In this document: one piece after another, positions 1-10,406 of the stretch
How positions within the stretch are numbered: position 1 is the first letter of the stretch
Layout: the number at the start of each line of letters is the position of its first letter
Origin: Octopus vulgaris
Taxonomy: Eukaryota
Reading direction: 5' to 3'
Assembly (NCBI GenBank): GCA_951406725.2
Contig: OX597819.1
Span: 29,698,001 to 29,762,000, forward strand
Length of the DNA stretch: 64,000 bases
Made by a program: the position numbers and the translations under genes
The notes under the pieces: model-generated
What the model was told of the DNA's origin: nothing
Seen by the model: the letters and a program-made list of their open reading frames with translations, nothing else
The model's database searches: none

Positions 1-124
1 TTGTATGTATTAGCTTCCTTGAAGATAGAAAACAGTGTTTTGGTTTATGCCCCATAGGTAATAGCACTAGTTTTTCATTATTCTTTTTTTCAGGCTTGGT
101 GCCTTTAGTAGAAAGAATTATCAG

Positions 125-867
125 TTAAGACATCGCACAGTATCCAATACCGTGATGTTGTTGGCTGAAGATTTTGTGTGCACCGGGGTGGGAGAGGGGT
201 ACTATCTGTGAAGTGACAACAAGGACCTCAGACACATAGTACTTTACGCAATATGCGTGCAATTCCAAATAATGCCGATTTCTGCAATACACTTGATTAT
301 AGCATATTTCTAAAATTTCCAGATCTTTTTTTCTGGTGTATGTTGGTACTAAGCACCCGTTAATTCGTATCCACACTTCCGGCATTTTAGCCAGTGAAGG
401 TTTCGGGTAGTGTGATCGAGCTGGTTAATCTCCGCTCGTGTCCATTTCAGAATGGGTGCACTATAGCGAACTACAGCAACAGCCTATATGGTCATAGCAG
501 TCACAAGGATTCTTAATTTGAGTTTCGACTTCGAGAAGTTTGAGGCGCTTCAAATATGCAGTGATGACCTTGTCTTTCATTTCTCCGTGCAAGATATTGT
601 CCAGCTCCAGGATCCCAACAACTTGTACCCATCATCATCCGGGTCTTCTATTCGCTCTCCTTTTGCTCTTTGCTCTTTTCCCCCCGTTTCAATTTGCTGC
701 ACAGTCTCAAGCACTCTCGCTATTTCAGGCTCTGTTTTAGCGAACAGTTTTAAACCATCCACGAAAAGAAGGTAGTTGAGGCGAGGTCCATTCTTTCTCA
801 GCTGATAGTGCGCGTTTGACTTTTGCGTAGGACTACAGAAGGTTAGATCAAGGCTAAAGCAACTAAC
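125..867 (-). mobile_element. Degenerate R4/Dong-type non-LTR retrotransposon fragment (RT C-terminal part)
   Basis: Minus-strand translations NYLLFVDGLKLFAK (cf. HLLFMDDLKLFAK), GYKLLG and AVAVVRYSAPILKWTRAEINQLD, broken by stops and frameshifts. Confidence 0.75.
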
Positions 868-1128
868 CTTCTTTTTATTTTCTTTTTCTGCTTCTTCGTC
901 TTTTTCTTTTTTCTTTCCTTTTTCTTTTTCTTCTTCTTTTTCTCTTTTCCTTTTTCTTCTTTTTCTCTTTTCCTTTTTCTTTTCTTTTTCTCTTTTCCTT
1001 TCTCTTTCTCTTTTTCTGTCTTTCTTTTTTTCGTTTTCTTTTTTCTTCTTTTTCTTTTTCTTTTCCCTTTCCCTTTTGTTTCCAGAGGTGAATAATTTTC
1101 TTCTTCTTCTTCTTCTTCTTCTTCTCCT
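868..1128. repeat. CT-rich low-complexity / (TTC)n tract
   Basis: Directly visible; it explains the poly-K/R/E ORFs at 577-1134 and 875-1186. Confidence 0.9.
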
Positions 1129-1149
1129 CATCAAAGTGACGAGTTAGTA

Positions 1150-1560
1150 ATATCGTTAGCACGCCGGGTAAAATGCTTAATGGCATTTCGTTCGTCTTTA
1201 CTTTTTCAGTTCAAATTCCGTCGAAGTTGACTTAGCCTTTTATCCTTCCGGGGTCGATAAAATAAACACCATTTAAACACTTGGGTCAATGTTATCGTCT
1301 AGCCCCCTTTCCCTGAAATTTCAGGCCTTGTGCCTATAGTAGAAAGGATCATCATCATCATCATCGAGGTATCCAGCTTGCAGATTCGTTTCACACCGGA
1401 CAAAAAAAAAAAAAACAAAAACAAACTTAGCGACATTTCTTCGGGATCATTGTGTTCTGAATTGAAATTCCGCCGAGGTCAATTTTGCCTTTCATCCTTT
1501 TGGGATCAATGAAATGAAGTACCGGTTGAGCACTGGAGTTGATGAAATCGTCTTAGTCAG
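1150..1560 (+). mobile_element. Two adjacent degenerate copies of an octopus-type SINE
   Basis: The motif gttcaaattccg..gttgact..gccttt.atcctt..ggggtcgataaa occurs at about 1210-1265 and again at about 1455-1515, and inverted at 7745-7830. Confidence 0.7.
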
Positions 1561-2323
1561 ATCTAACACGTGTTTTTGACGAACTTTTGGCCAAACTTTT
1601 TCTGTATCTCATCAATGTTTTGAGCTATAGCATAGCCTCGCTTTGACTCAAAAGCAATAAAAATATCGCTGCTAACAAATTTGTACTTTTTAAAAGTATG
1701 TTTAGAAATTTACATACAATGAAAAATAATAAAACATTGTTTGACTATAATGTTTGTTCAAATTATATTGTTCAACAAAGGATAGTGTTACTGTGAGTCA
1801 AAGTGTGCGCAAGTAGTCAAGGTAAAAATTTACGCTTATAACGTTTCTTGGAGTGTTGTATCTATGGACAATTTCGCTTTATACTCCGATGTGATGGTTC
1901 GTGCTCAACTGGTTAGGGTGTTCTGTTCATGACCATAGTCTTTTGGGCTCAGTTCCTGGACATATTTTATTTTTGAGTAAAGTGCATTATTTCATGTCAC
2001 TCCACGTGCCATGTACTAGAGTAGCCTCCTTGATGTGCAGTAGGGTCAAGATTTATGCGATCGAGAGGGTGTCTGTGCTGGCTCGCTACAACACAGGCAC
2101 TTAAAACAATTTGTAAAAGCGTATACATGTTACTAAACCACACTCGCTTACGAGAGACGGTTGGCTGTACTTCTCTTTTATCGTCATCATTGTAAAATTT
2201 GTTGTTTATTTCTACAAACACTATCTTAATTTGGTTTTAGCATATCTTCTGATAAACCCCAAATTATCTATTTAAAAATAATATATATTCTGTCCTCTAA
2301 TTTGTTTTTCTTTTCATTTGTAG

Positions 2324-2399
2324 TTGTAACAGTTGTTTATACTGATTGCACTTCCGACCTAAAAGACGGGTGCATAAAGAAGAACCAAACACAGTGTGG
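2324..2399 (+). CDS. Internal exon of a small Cys-rich surface protein (VTVVYTDCTSDLKDGCIKKNQTQC)
   Basis: Acceptor ttttcttttcatttgtag and donor GTAAGT at 2400; 76 nt, phase 1 in / phase 2 out; open frame. Confidence 0.75.
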
Positions 2400-2445
2400 G
2401 TAAGTGTTTCTATGAGCAAATTAAATATCTTAGAGTGCTTGTATA

Positions 2446-3624
2446 TATGAGTGTTGGCTTAAAAGTTCATAGGCTAGAATGTGACTAAATGAGGGTTATT
2501 TTTCAATATACTCTCCTTCACTGTCGACATACTTCTTCCATCGGTGTTGTAGCGCTTCGATCCCGTTGGCAAAGAAATTTTCATCCTGTTGGTAAAAAAA
2601 GAGTCATCAACAACAGATATAATGTCACCACTGCGATACTGGCTCCCAGTATGTACTTTTTCATGTTGGGGAACATATGGTAGTCAGATGAGGTTGATTA
2701 ACTAGTTGAAAGGCATAGTTACGCACTGCAGTCATTGAAACTAAGAACTTGTGTGTTAAAGCATTGCCTGATGAAACAAGAGCCCTTTCGTCAGTTTAAT
2801 TGCGTGTTTGATCTCGATAGCGTTTCGTAACTGCCTCAGTAATGTTTTTTGCATCCCTAAAAACTGAAGCCATCACCTTCCCTGCAAAGGAAATGACCAT
2901 GGCCTTCTTTGGAGCAGGCGGGGAGGAGTGTTTCTATTGCATGAATTGTCTTTTTGTCTTTGGTTGAGAGTGACGAAACCAACACTTACCCTAGGTTAAA
3001 GGGACATTGAAAGAGCTGGATCTGCCTCAAACAGTATCAAATTTTCCCGTGATGTGATCAACCTTGTTCGCTTTTGATCAGGTGTCAGAAGACGTGGAAC
3101 CCACCACGCAGAGACCTTCGTCATTCAGAATGTTCCCAACTTTCTGACGGGATGTGCTAATAACATTGGCTATTTGATTTATAGTTTACTACCTGTCATC
3201 CATCACCATGTGATGAACACGATCAAAGTCTTCCTCGCTGGTGGCAGTTTCAGCATACCCAGGCCTTCGGTCATCTTCAAGGCTCTCCCTTCCCCTCCTA
3301 AATTCAGCTGCCCACTTTTGCACTGTCGATAAAGCTGAAGCGTCACCCCTTAATGTTGCAACCATATTAGCATGAATGTCATTGGGGGCTAAACCGTTTC
3401 TCTGCAGGTACATAACACCATAATGCCAAATTTTATCCATTTTCAAGAGAAGTCACTACTAGAAACTTCTGAAGTCTTCTTTGAACAGTCTAATGTGAGT
3501 TTACCTGGAAAGAAAGAAGCTAAATAATAAGCGGAGTTGAAATTAATGCATGCAAGATTTCATAGCTCTAGCATCACTCCTTCATAGTCAGCCTATAAAC
3601 TATTCAGGCTTCACCCACCTCATA
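2446..3624 (-). mobile_element. Degenerate mariner transposon (intronic)
   Basis: Transposase N-terminus (TVQKWAAEFRRGRESLEDD.RPG, 3189-3446); decayed TIRs tatgag..ggct.aaaagttcataggct at both ends. Confidence 0.85.
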
Positions 3625-3698
3625 TTTGCAAATTAAATGGGTTTTTATACAACGACATATAGTATTTATACTGTTTATTTTGTATATTTTCTTTTCAG

Positions 3699-3769
3699 GG
3701 CAATCAAATGTCTTTTAAATAGCTCCTGTTCAATACCAACTGCAATGACGGCATTAAAAAAACTGTGTA
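3699..3769 (+). CDS. Internal exon of the same protein ((G)AIKCLLNSSCSIPTAMTALKKLC)
   Basis: Acceptor tattttcttttcag and donor GTATGT at 3770; 71 nt, phase 2 in / phase 1 out, matching both neighbouring exons. Confidence 0.75.
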
Positions 3770-4166
3770 GTATGTATAGTTATTTTATAATCATCTTTAA
3801 TATTACGATTCAGAAGTTGAAAAGTGTACCTCTTTCTAGCATAGTGTAGAAAAACATTCAAAAAGAAATCATTTAAACAAAAATTTTCTTGGACAAGAAT
3901 CTAGCTTTTAAAATACAATTCATAAATTTACTGTATTAGAAGAGTAGTGGGTGTTGCTGTTGCTTTTGTTGTTGGTGTTATTTCGCTCTAGGTCACTTCT
4001 GGTTCAGTATACCGATAAGCAAAATACATTCCAGTTGTAGCTGTCTCACATTTTTGGGGCATTGTCTATCGAGAATTATATTATTCAAAGTTTCTTATTG
4101 TAAAGATGGTATGGTGACACTTGAAATAGATTTACCGGCATAACAAGCTAGCTCGGTAAGCACATA

Positions 4167-4378
4167 CGAGGGGTATTGAAAAGTTCCTGGCTTTGTGTAA
4201 AAGAAAATACAGGAGGATCAGTTATGATTTTATTCAACATATTCCCTCTCTCAGATTCACATGCTTATTGCAGCGGTCCTTCACTCTTTATAAGCTCTGA
4301 AAAAGAACTCGGAAGATTGGGCTTCCAACAGGTTTGTCGCGATACTCTGAAAGCCAAGAACTTTTCAGCACTCCCTCG
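4167..4378. mobile_element. Mariner-derived MITE
   Basis: About 28-bp TIRs (cgaggggtattgaaaagttcctggcttt / aaagccaagaacttttcagcactccctcg) flanked by TA on both sides. Confidence 0.85.
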
Positions 4379-5009
4379 TAATGCATCATATGATCTTTAA
4401 ATAACTGCCGAAAGACTACAATGGTGTGACCAAACTAATTTAAAAGCCACAATAATTCTGTTTTTGAAACGGTATATGCGAAAATAGACATTGATGTAGT
4501 ATCTTAAAAACACTAATTTGCCTTGTGCAGTCGTATGTTTGGATTAAGGATAATATACTACTGATACCTATTTTATAAATCCTAAAAGATATAAATGTGA
4601 AGTCAAGGCTGGCAACTTTGGGCAAAGCGTTGAAGCGTGTTTAACTCAACGTTTTGTCGTTTCATCTGGCTTAGGCGGTTTCTGAAGTTGATTATTGAGT
4701 ATGAAAAGTGCAATAGCGACGGTAAAACACTTGGAATTTTTAGTCTGTACAGAGTCCAGAAGTCTAGTAAGGGTTGAGTCAGAAAGAATTAATCCGAAGG
4801 AAAATTTGGAGACTGTCAATAAATTTGTGCTGAAGATTGGAAATGATAACGTTTCCAGCTTTTACAATTCAATGGAGAGTAGGGAGAGACAAATGGGGAA
4901 ATATATGCAATGAAGGAGAGATGTGGAGAGTTAGGACGGAAAATTAGGCGAGAAAGAACGAGGGAGAAAAAGGGAGAGACAGAGAGACTCTGTGTGTGTG
5001 TGTGTGAAT

Positions 5010-5180
5010 TAAGAAATATAGTTAATTACATTATTTACATTTGACGGTTATTTGTCCTCATCTTGTTTGTTGTTAACACAACATTTCGGCCATCAGCCTC
5101 CAGCCCTCATCAGTTGTCTTGGGGGAAATTTCGAACCTGGATTCTCATTCCTAAGGTATTTTCGATATTATTATTATTCA
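5010..5180 (-). repeat. Short repeat carrying a minimal hammerhead-like motif (copy 1)
   Basis: Reverse complement reads CTGATGA GGGCTG..TGGCC GAAA TG TT GTGTT; it is an inverted homologue of 6855-7052. Confidence 0.7.
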
Positions 5181-6855
5181 GTAGTTTTATTTTTATAGTT
5201 TGCTTTGACTTCACTACCGAGCGCAGCCCTGTATGCCTTGAGTATGTGCTGTGATTTGTTGTGAAGCTCTTATGGTTACTGTATTGAAAATGTTTTGCGT
5301 AGGATATGTGCAGTGCTCAATAGTGCAATTTTCTGTATGTTATATGTGTTTGTAAGTCCTGGTGTTTTTGTTATGTATTTTTCTGAATATTTTTTTTATC
5401 ATACATAATGCACCCACTATGATATGAATTGTTTCTGTTTTTAGATTCCACATTCGAGTTATCTCTATTTCCAGGTCTTTGTATTTTGAAAGTTTCTCCA
5501 TTTCTTTTAGAGATGCGTTGTCATCTGCTGGTATTGATACATCAATTAAAAAGCATTTTTTTCTTCACGATCTCTGACAACAATATCTGGCCTACTGGCC
5601 TCAATTTCTCTATCTATGTGTATTGGCATATCACAGAGTATGGTTGCTTTCTCGTTTTCTGTGACTTTTCTGGTTTGTGCCTATATTTATTTTCTGTTGT
5701 TATTCCATAATGTTGGCAAAGCTTCCAGTGTATGTAGGTCCCAACTCTCGTGTCTGTGAATATATTCCTTCTTAGCTAAGACTGGGCAGCCAGAGATAAA
5801 ATGATTTATTGTTTCTTGTCCATCTCCACATATTCTGCAGTTACTTGTTATGTTTCTTTTCATTATATGTCTTTGGTAATTTCTGGTGGAGTGGCTTTGG
5901 TCTTGTGCTGCAATTATAAATCCCTCCGCCTCTGCTTTGAGTCCTGAGCTTCTCAAACATAGCTGGGATTTTCTTTGTCTATTTCTTTTGCATTTAGTTT
6001 AGTCCAGTATTTGCCATGAAGGGGCTTTTCTTGCCATCGTTTTTTCATGGTCTGTTGCTGTTCTAGTTTTAGTATGGATTTCATTTGTTTTATAGCTTTT
6101 GTTGTTTCTTCATCATCATCATCTTCTTCTTCTTCTTCTTCTTCTTCTTCTTCTTCTTCTTCTTCTTCTTCTTCTTCTTCTTCTTCTTCTTCTTCTTCTT
6201 CTTCTTCTTCTTCTGTGATATGATTTATTGTTTGTATTTGTCAGCTTCCTTAAATACTGAGAACAGTCATTTTGTTTTGCTCGTGTTTTGTCGCTATTTG
6301 TATCAGTTTTCCTTGCTTCTGAAGTAGATATTTTTGCTGTCCTATGGTGGTTATTTCATAATAGTTTTTCAGCAGTAAGGCCTCTGCCACCTTCTATACG
6401 TTGTATATATAACCTTTCTATGTCAGATTTTGGGTGATGCATCCTAGATCCTGTCATTATTTTTCTTGTTTTCCTGTCTATTTTGGTTAGTTCATTTAGT
6501 ATCCAGTTAAGGATATTATAGCTGTAACTTATATATGGGACGGCTAAAGTGTTAATATCTACTATCTTGTTTTTAGTATTGATCTAACTCGTCTATAGTA
6601 TTCTTTCTTTATTTTCTCATTCATTTTTGTGTGTTGTATCGTATCTAGTTCGTGGATTCCTAAATATTTGTAAGTTTGGCTTTGGTCTAATTCTCTTATT
6701 TCATTGGTTTTATCTAGTGTGATGTTGCTACTCTTAACTAGTTTCCCTCTTTTCAGGGTTACTTTGGTGCATTTTTCTAATCCATATTTCATATCTATTT
6801 CTTTGGTAAATCCATGAACTGTCTGCATTAGTGTCTCCAGCTGTTTGTCATTGAC
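5181..6855 (-). mobile_element. R4/Dong-type fragment (RT C-terminus, CCHC, REL endonuclease, 3' UTR)
   Basis: ORFs 6562-6828 (KYGLEKC..YKYLGI) and 5687-5956 (AAQDQ..CRIC..ETINHFISGC..RH); 3' end abuts attattattatt; (TTC)n at about 6106-6213. Confidence 0.9.
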
Positions 6856-7052
6856 CTGAATAATAACAACAATAATAACATCGAAATATAACTTAGGAAT
6901 GAGAACCCAGGTTCAAAATTTTCCCAAGACACCTGATGAAGGTTGGAGGGTATATCAGCCGATACGTTGTGTTAACAACAAATAAGTTGAGGACAAATAT
7001 CTGTCAAATGTAAATAATGTACATAATTCATTATCTCTTAAATATAGAACTG
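6855..7052 (+). repeat. Short repeat carrying a minimal hammerhead-like motif (copy 2)
   Basis: acac CTGATGA A GGTTG gagggtatat CAGCC GATA CG TT gtgt at 6929-6972; GAAA is mutated to GATA. Confidence 0.7.
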
Positions 7053-7315
7053 AAAAATAGTTAATTTAAGTTTTCGTGATGCTTGTTTGTGGTCATAACG
7101 CTAGATTTTGAATGACGACTAACCAAAAATGCTTAAGTATTATAAAAATTGTTCCCTCAAGTCGTTTATAAAAGCAAAGTTACTTGTTGCAGTTATAAGT
7201 AGCAATGTAATAATTTATTAATAAAATCGATAAAGATATTTAAATGATGAGAAAATAGTTTACTCTCTCTCTCTATATATAAATTGATATGATTACTTTT
7301 CTTTTTTACTTTCAG

Positions 7316-7404
7316 GCACTGGGTCAACTATTTCATTCAGTTTCAATGTTTTGATTGTTTTGGTGGTCTTGCAGTTGGCGGATTATATTAAAAACTATTT
7401 CTAA
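7316..7404 (+). CDS. Terminal exon encoding a GPI-signal-like hydrophobic tail ((S)TGSTISFSFNVLIVLVVLQLADYIKNYF*)
   Basis: Strong acceptor ttttcttttttactttcag, phase 1; TAA at 7402-7404; AATAAA at 7492 and 7624. Confidence 0.75.
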
Positions 7405-7724
7405 TCTGACATTTTTAACGATTTTATAACAGTAAATACAAATACACTTTTTGCTTTTTATAAATCTAAGTGTAAATGATAAATAACTATCAATAAAATA
7501 TTACTATTTGAAGTTTTCGTCATTGTCACTTATTGTATGCTTAACCCAAATTTTAATTAATGAAAATTTTAATTAATGAAAATCTGAAGTTTTCTCTTTG
7601 TCTTGATTATATTCAGTTAAAGCAATAAACGATTAGACTAGTCACTGAGCTTGTATTGTCCTTATTTCAACACAGTTCTATTAATGCTCACCACATTAAA
7701 TATATTCATTGTAATTTCAGTATC

Positions 7725-7890
7725 AGGGAAGAGGTAAGTGAATTACATCGACCCCAGTGTCCAGCTGGTACTTATTCTATCGATTTCGAAATGCTGAAAG
7801 GCAAAGTCAGCCTCGGCGGCATTTGAACTCTGAACATAAAGACGGGTGAAATATCGCTAAGCATTTTGCCCATCGTGCTAACGATTAAAT
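7725..7890 (-). mobile_element. Octopus-type SINE
   Basis: Inverted homologue of the SINE at 1150-1350 (atcgaccccagtg..aaaggcaaagtc..gcattttgcc..gtgctaacgatt). Confidence 0.8.
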
Positions 7891-8059
7891 ATATAAATAC
7901 TGGTTTCAAATTTTAGCACAAGGCCGGCAATTTTAGTGAGAGGGGAAGTATGTTTTACATCATCAAACACTTTAAAGATCATTTTGTTCTGCCACTATTA
8001 GGTTTGCTTTTATATATATACAATTCTGCATACAGCCTTACAAGTATGGATAGATTTCT

Positions 8060-9405
8060 GAAAAAAACGTAGGTGAAGATCAGCGAATGCATAGCCAAGT
8101 TGTAGTGGAGGAGGCCCGCCAGTCAATATAATGCATAAAAATCTTGAATTAAGAGAGGATATGTCTGAGGAACAGAGAAACCCCAGGAAATGATTCCAGG
8201 ATATAATAATTACAAGAACAGAGACCAAGCCGGTGAATCTAAGAAGCTTCGACCGTAACAATGTGAGACGCGCGATCCAAAAAGTTGATGAGATTCTGAA
8301 ACACATTCTGACAAAAGATCTAACAGAAACAAGGGACTTGATCAGATCCGCTTAAATTTTATTAGGTGAACTGGTTGGAAAAAAAAGAGAGGAAAGTAGA
8401 CGGACAGAAGGAGCTATGGTGGAAGCGGAGAATTGAAGGCGACATTCTAACTTTGCGTAAAGGTCTGAGCCACATAGAAGAGTGGTCTAAAGAGCAATGG
8501 GAAAATGTAAAATAAAATGCAAGAGCATATCTTGACGTGAAGTACCAAATAGAAAAGAAAGGGTTCAAAGCTGCCATCGAAACCCTAAAACAACGTGTGC
8601 GGGCTAAAACATTAAAGGTCCACTGATCGCATATCACAGTTCCAGCAAAACTGGTTATTCTCAAATAACCAGGGGCAGTTTTTTAAGGTCTTAGGAGGAA
8701 ATACAGAAGATAATACACCTCCTGAAGCAGAAGAAATCAGTCAATTTTGGAATAACATCTCAGGGCAAGAAGTTCGCACAACCACAGTGCTGAGTGGATT
8801 CATTCTGTGAGAACCGAACTCCATCACCCGGAGACTCCACGACAGGACCATGTGCGCATAACAACGGAAGATGTCATTGCACAGATATCAAAACTGCCAA
8901 ACAGGAAAGTGGCAGGACCAGACGGGATTCAAGGCTACTGACTCAAGAGGTTTAGGTCAATACACAAGAGAACTGAGTTGCAGTTAGAGAATTGCCTACA
9001 GAGTGGTGCAGTTCCGGAGTGGATGGGAGAGGGAAGAACAACATTGTTAATAAAAAATCGGTCAAATGGCAACGAGGTTGACAATTACCGACCCATTGCT
9101 TATCTTAACTTCCTATAGAAAGTATCAATATGGAAAATATATGCGTTCCTTGCGGAAAACAAACTATTACCAGCAGCACAAAAGGGATGTCGAAAAGAAT
9201 CCAAGGGTACCAAGGACCACCTTGTAATAGACAAGGTTATAATGAAGAACTACGAATGGTGCCAAAAAAAAACTTATGCATGGTCTGGATAGACTTCAAA
9301 AAGGCTTACGACATATTGCCGCATTTGTGGATTTTGGAAAAATTTGGCATGTGTAGAACAGCTGAGAATGTGTGTGCACTGATCAAGAACAGCATACCGA
9401 GTTAG
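8060..9405 (+). mobile_element. Degenerate R4/Dong-type fragment (N-terminal region and RT start)
   Basis: Motifs LWWKRRIE, AGPDGIQGY, NYRPIAYL and NLCMVWIDFKKAYD..PH.WI; many stops. Confidence 0.85.
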
Positions 9406-9699
9406 GGTGTATTTTACAGAGATCGATTCATTCGTATTGAAGCTGCAATAGGCTAACTTACGATCTCTGGCAAACAATTTATTTGACATTTGCCGTTTAT
9501 ACAAGATTTATGCTGTAGTTTTAGTTTTTCAGCCGTGACTGTGAGTTGTTTCAGCTGGTGCAGTTTGGTGTTTAGGCTTTTGAATCTTGTATCAACAAGT
9601 CACCTCTCTATCTTTTATTTTATCATTTTTCTAAGGTCTCTCTGCCGTCATTTGAAATTGCTTTCTGTGTTACATTTCATAACAACAACCATCTGTGAA

Positions 9700-10406
9700 A
9701 TACTTCTTCACAGTATGGTGTCCTCAATCTCTGTGTTCAGTGTTCCTTTCTTCAGCCAATCCTACCTATGTTTTCCAGCAACTTTTGTTGTGGCTCCGTA
9801 GAACTGATTGTGCAGTTCCTTGTTGCGAGATTCTTCTTCATGTCCTTTTTGTACTACTTCCTTTGTCCTTTTTCCTTTTTTCTTTGCTTTCTATACTCCC
9901 TCATTTCTAACTGAGACTAGCAAGGTTTCCTTACTTTGGGATAGATATCTCATTAAGCTTTCGTGTTCGATGCGTACAGTCTTCAAAACTTATCTGTCCC
10001 CTTCCTCCACTTGCTCTCTTCATGTATGGGCAATCAGTGTCTGCACGTGGATGATTGCCTCCATGCATCGTTAGGAGCTTTCTTTTCTTCCTGTCTACCT
10101 CTTTTAATTCTTCCTCTGTCAACTTCATGATTCCAGCGCCATACAGATACTGCGACTGCGCGAGAGTTTATTGACAAAATTATACTTCTGACATTTAGTT
10201 TTGAAGTCAATATTTTTCTCACTCGTTGCAGGCACTCTTCCTTTGTATTTTCTTTTATATCGTCGTGTTTAATTCCATCTGCCTCAAATATTCCCAGATA
10301 TCTATAACTGGGCCGAGGCTGAATTAACTTCATCATTTCACCACTTGGCATCCATATGCATTCTGTCGTGACAAGCTTTCTTCGTCTCATCACCATCGTA
10401 GCACAT
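9700..10406 (-). mobile_element. R4/Dong-type fragment (post-RT region), near-identical to 45656-46281
   Basis: YRYLGIFEADGI..RVRKILTSKLN..INSRAV and HPRADTD..GGRG; ORF translations nearly identical to 45681-46271. Confidence 0.85.

Noticed and set aside
577-1186. Long K/R/E-rich ORFs
   Set aside because: Translations of a CT-rich low-complexity tract fused to a Dong remnant.
2128-2197. Possible signal-peptide exon (RRLAVLLF..) ending T|GTAAAA upstream of exon 2324
   Set aside because: The in-phase frame has an upstream TAA and no ATG, and the donor is weak.
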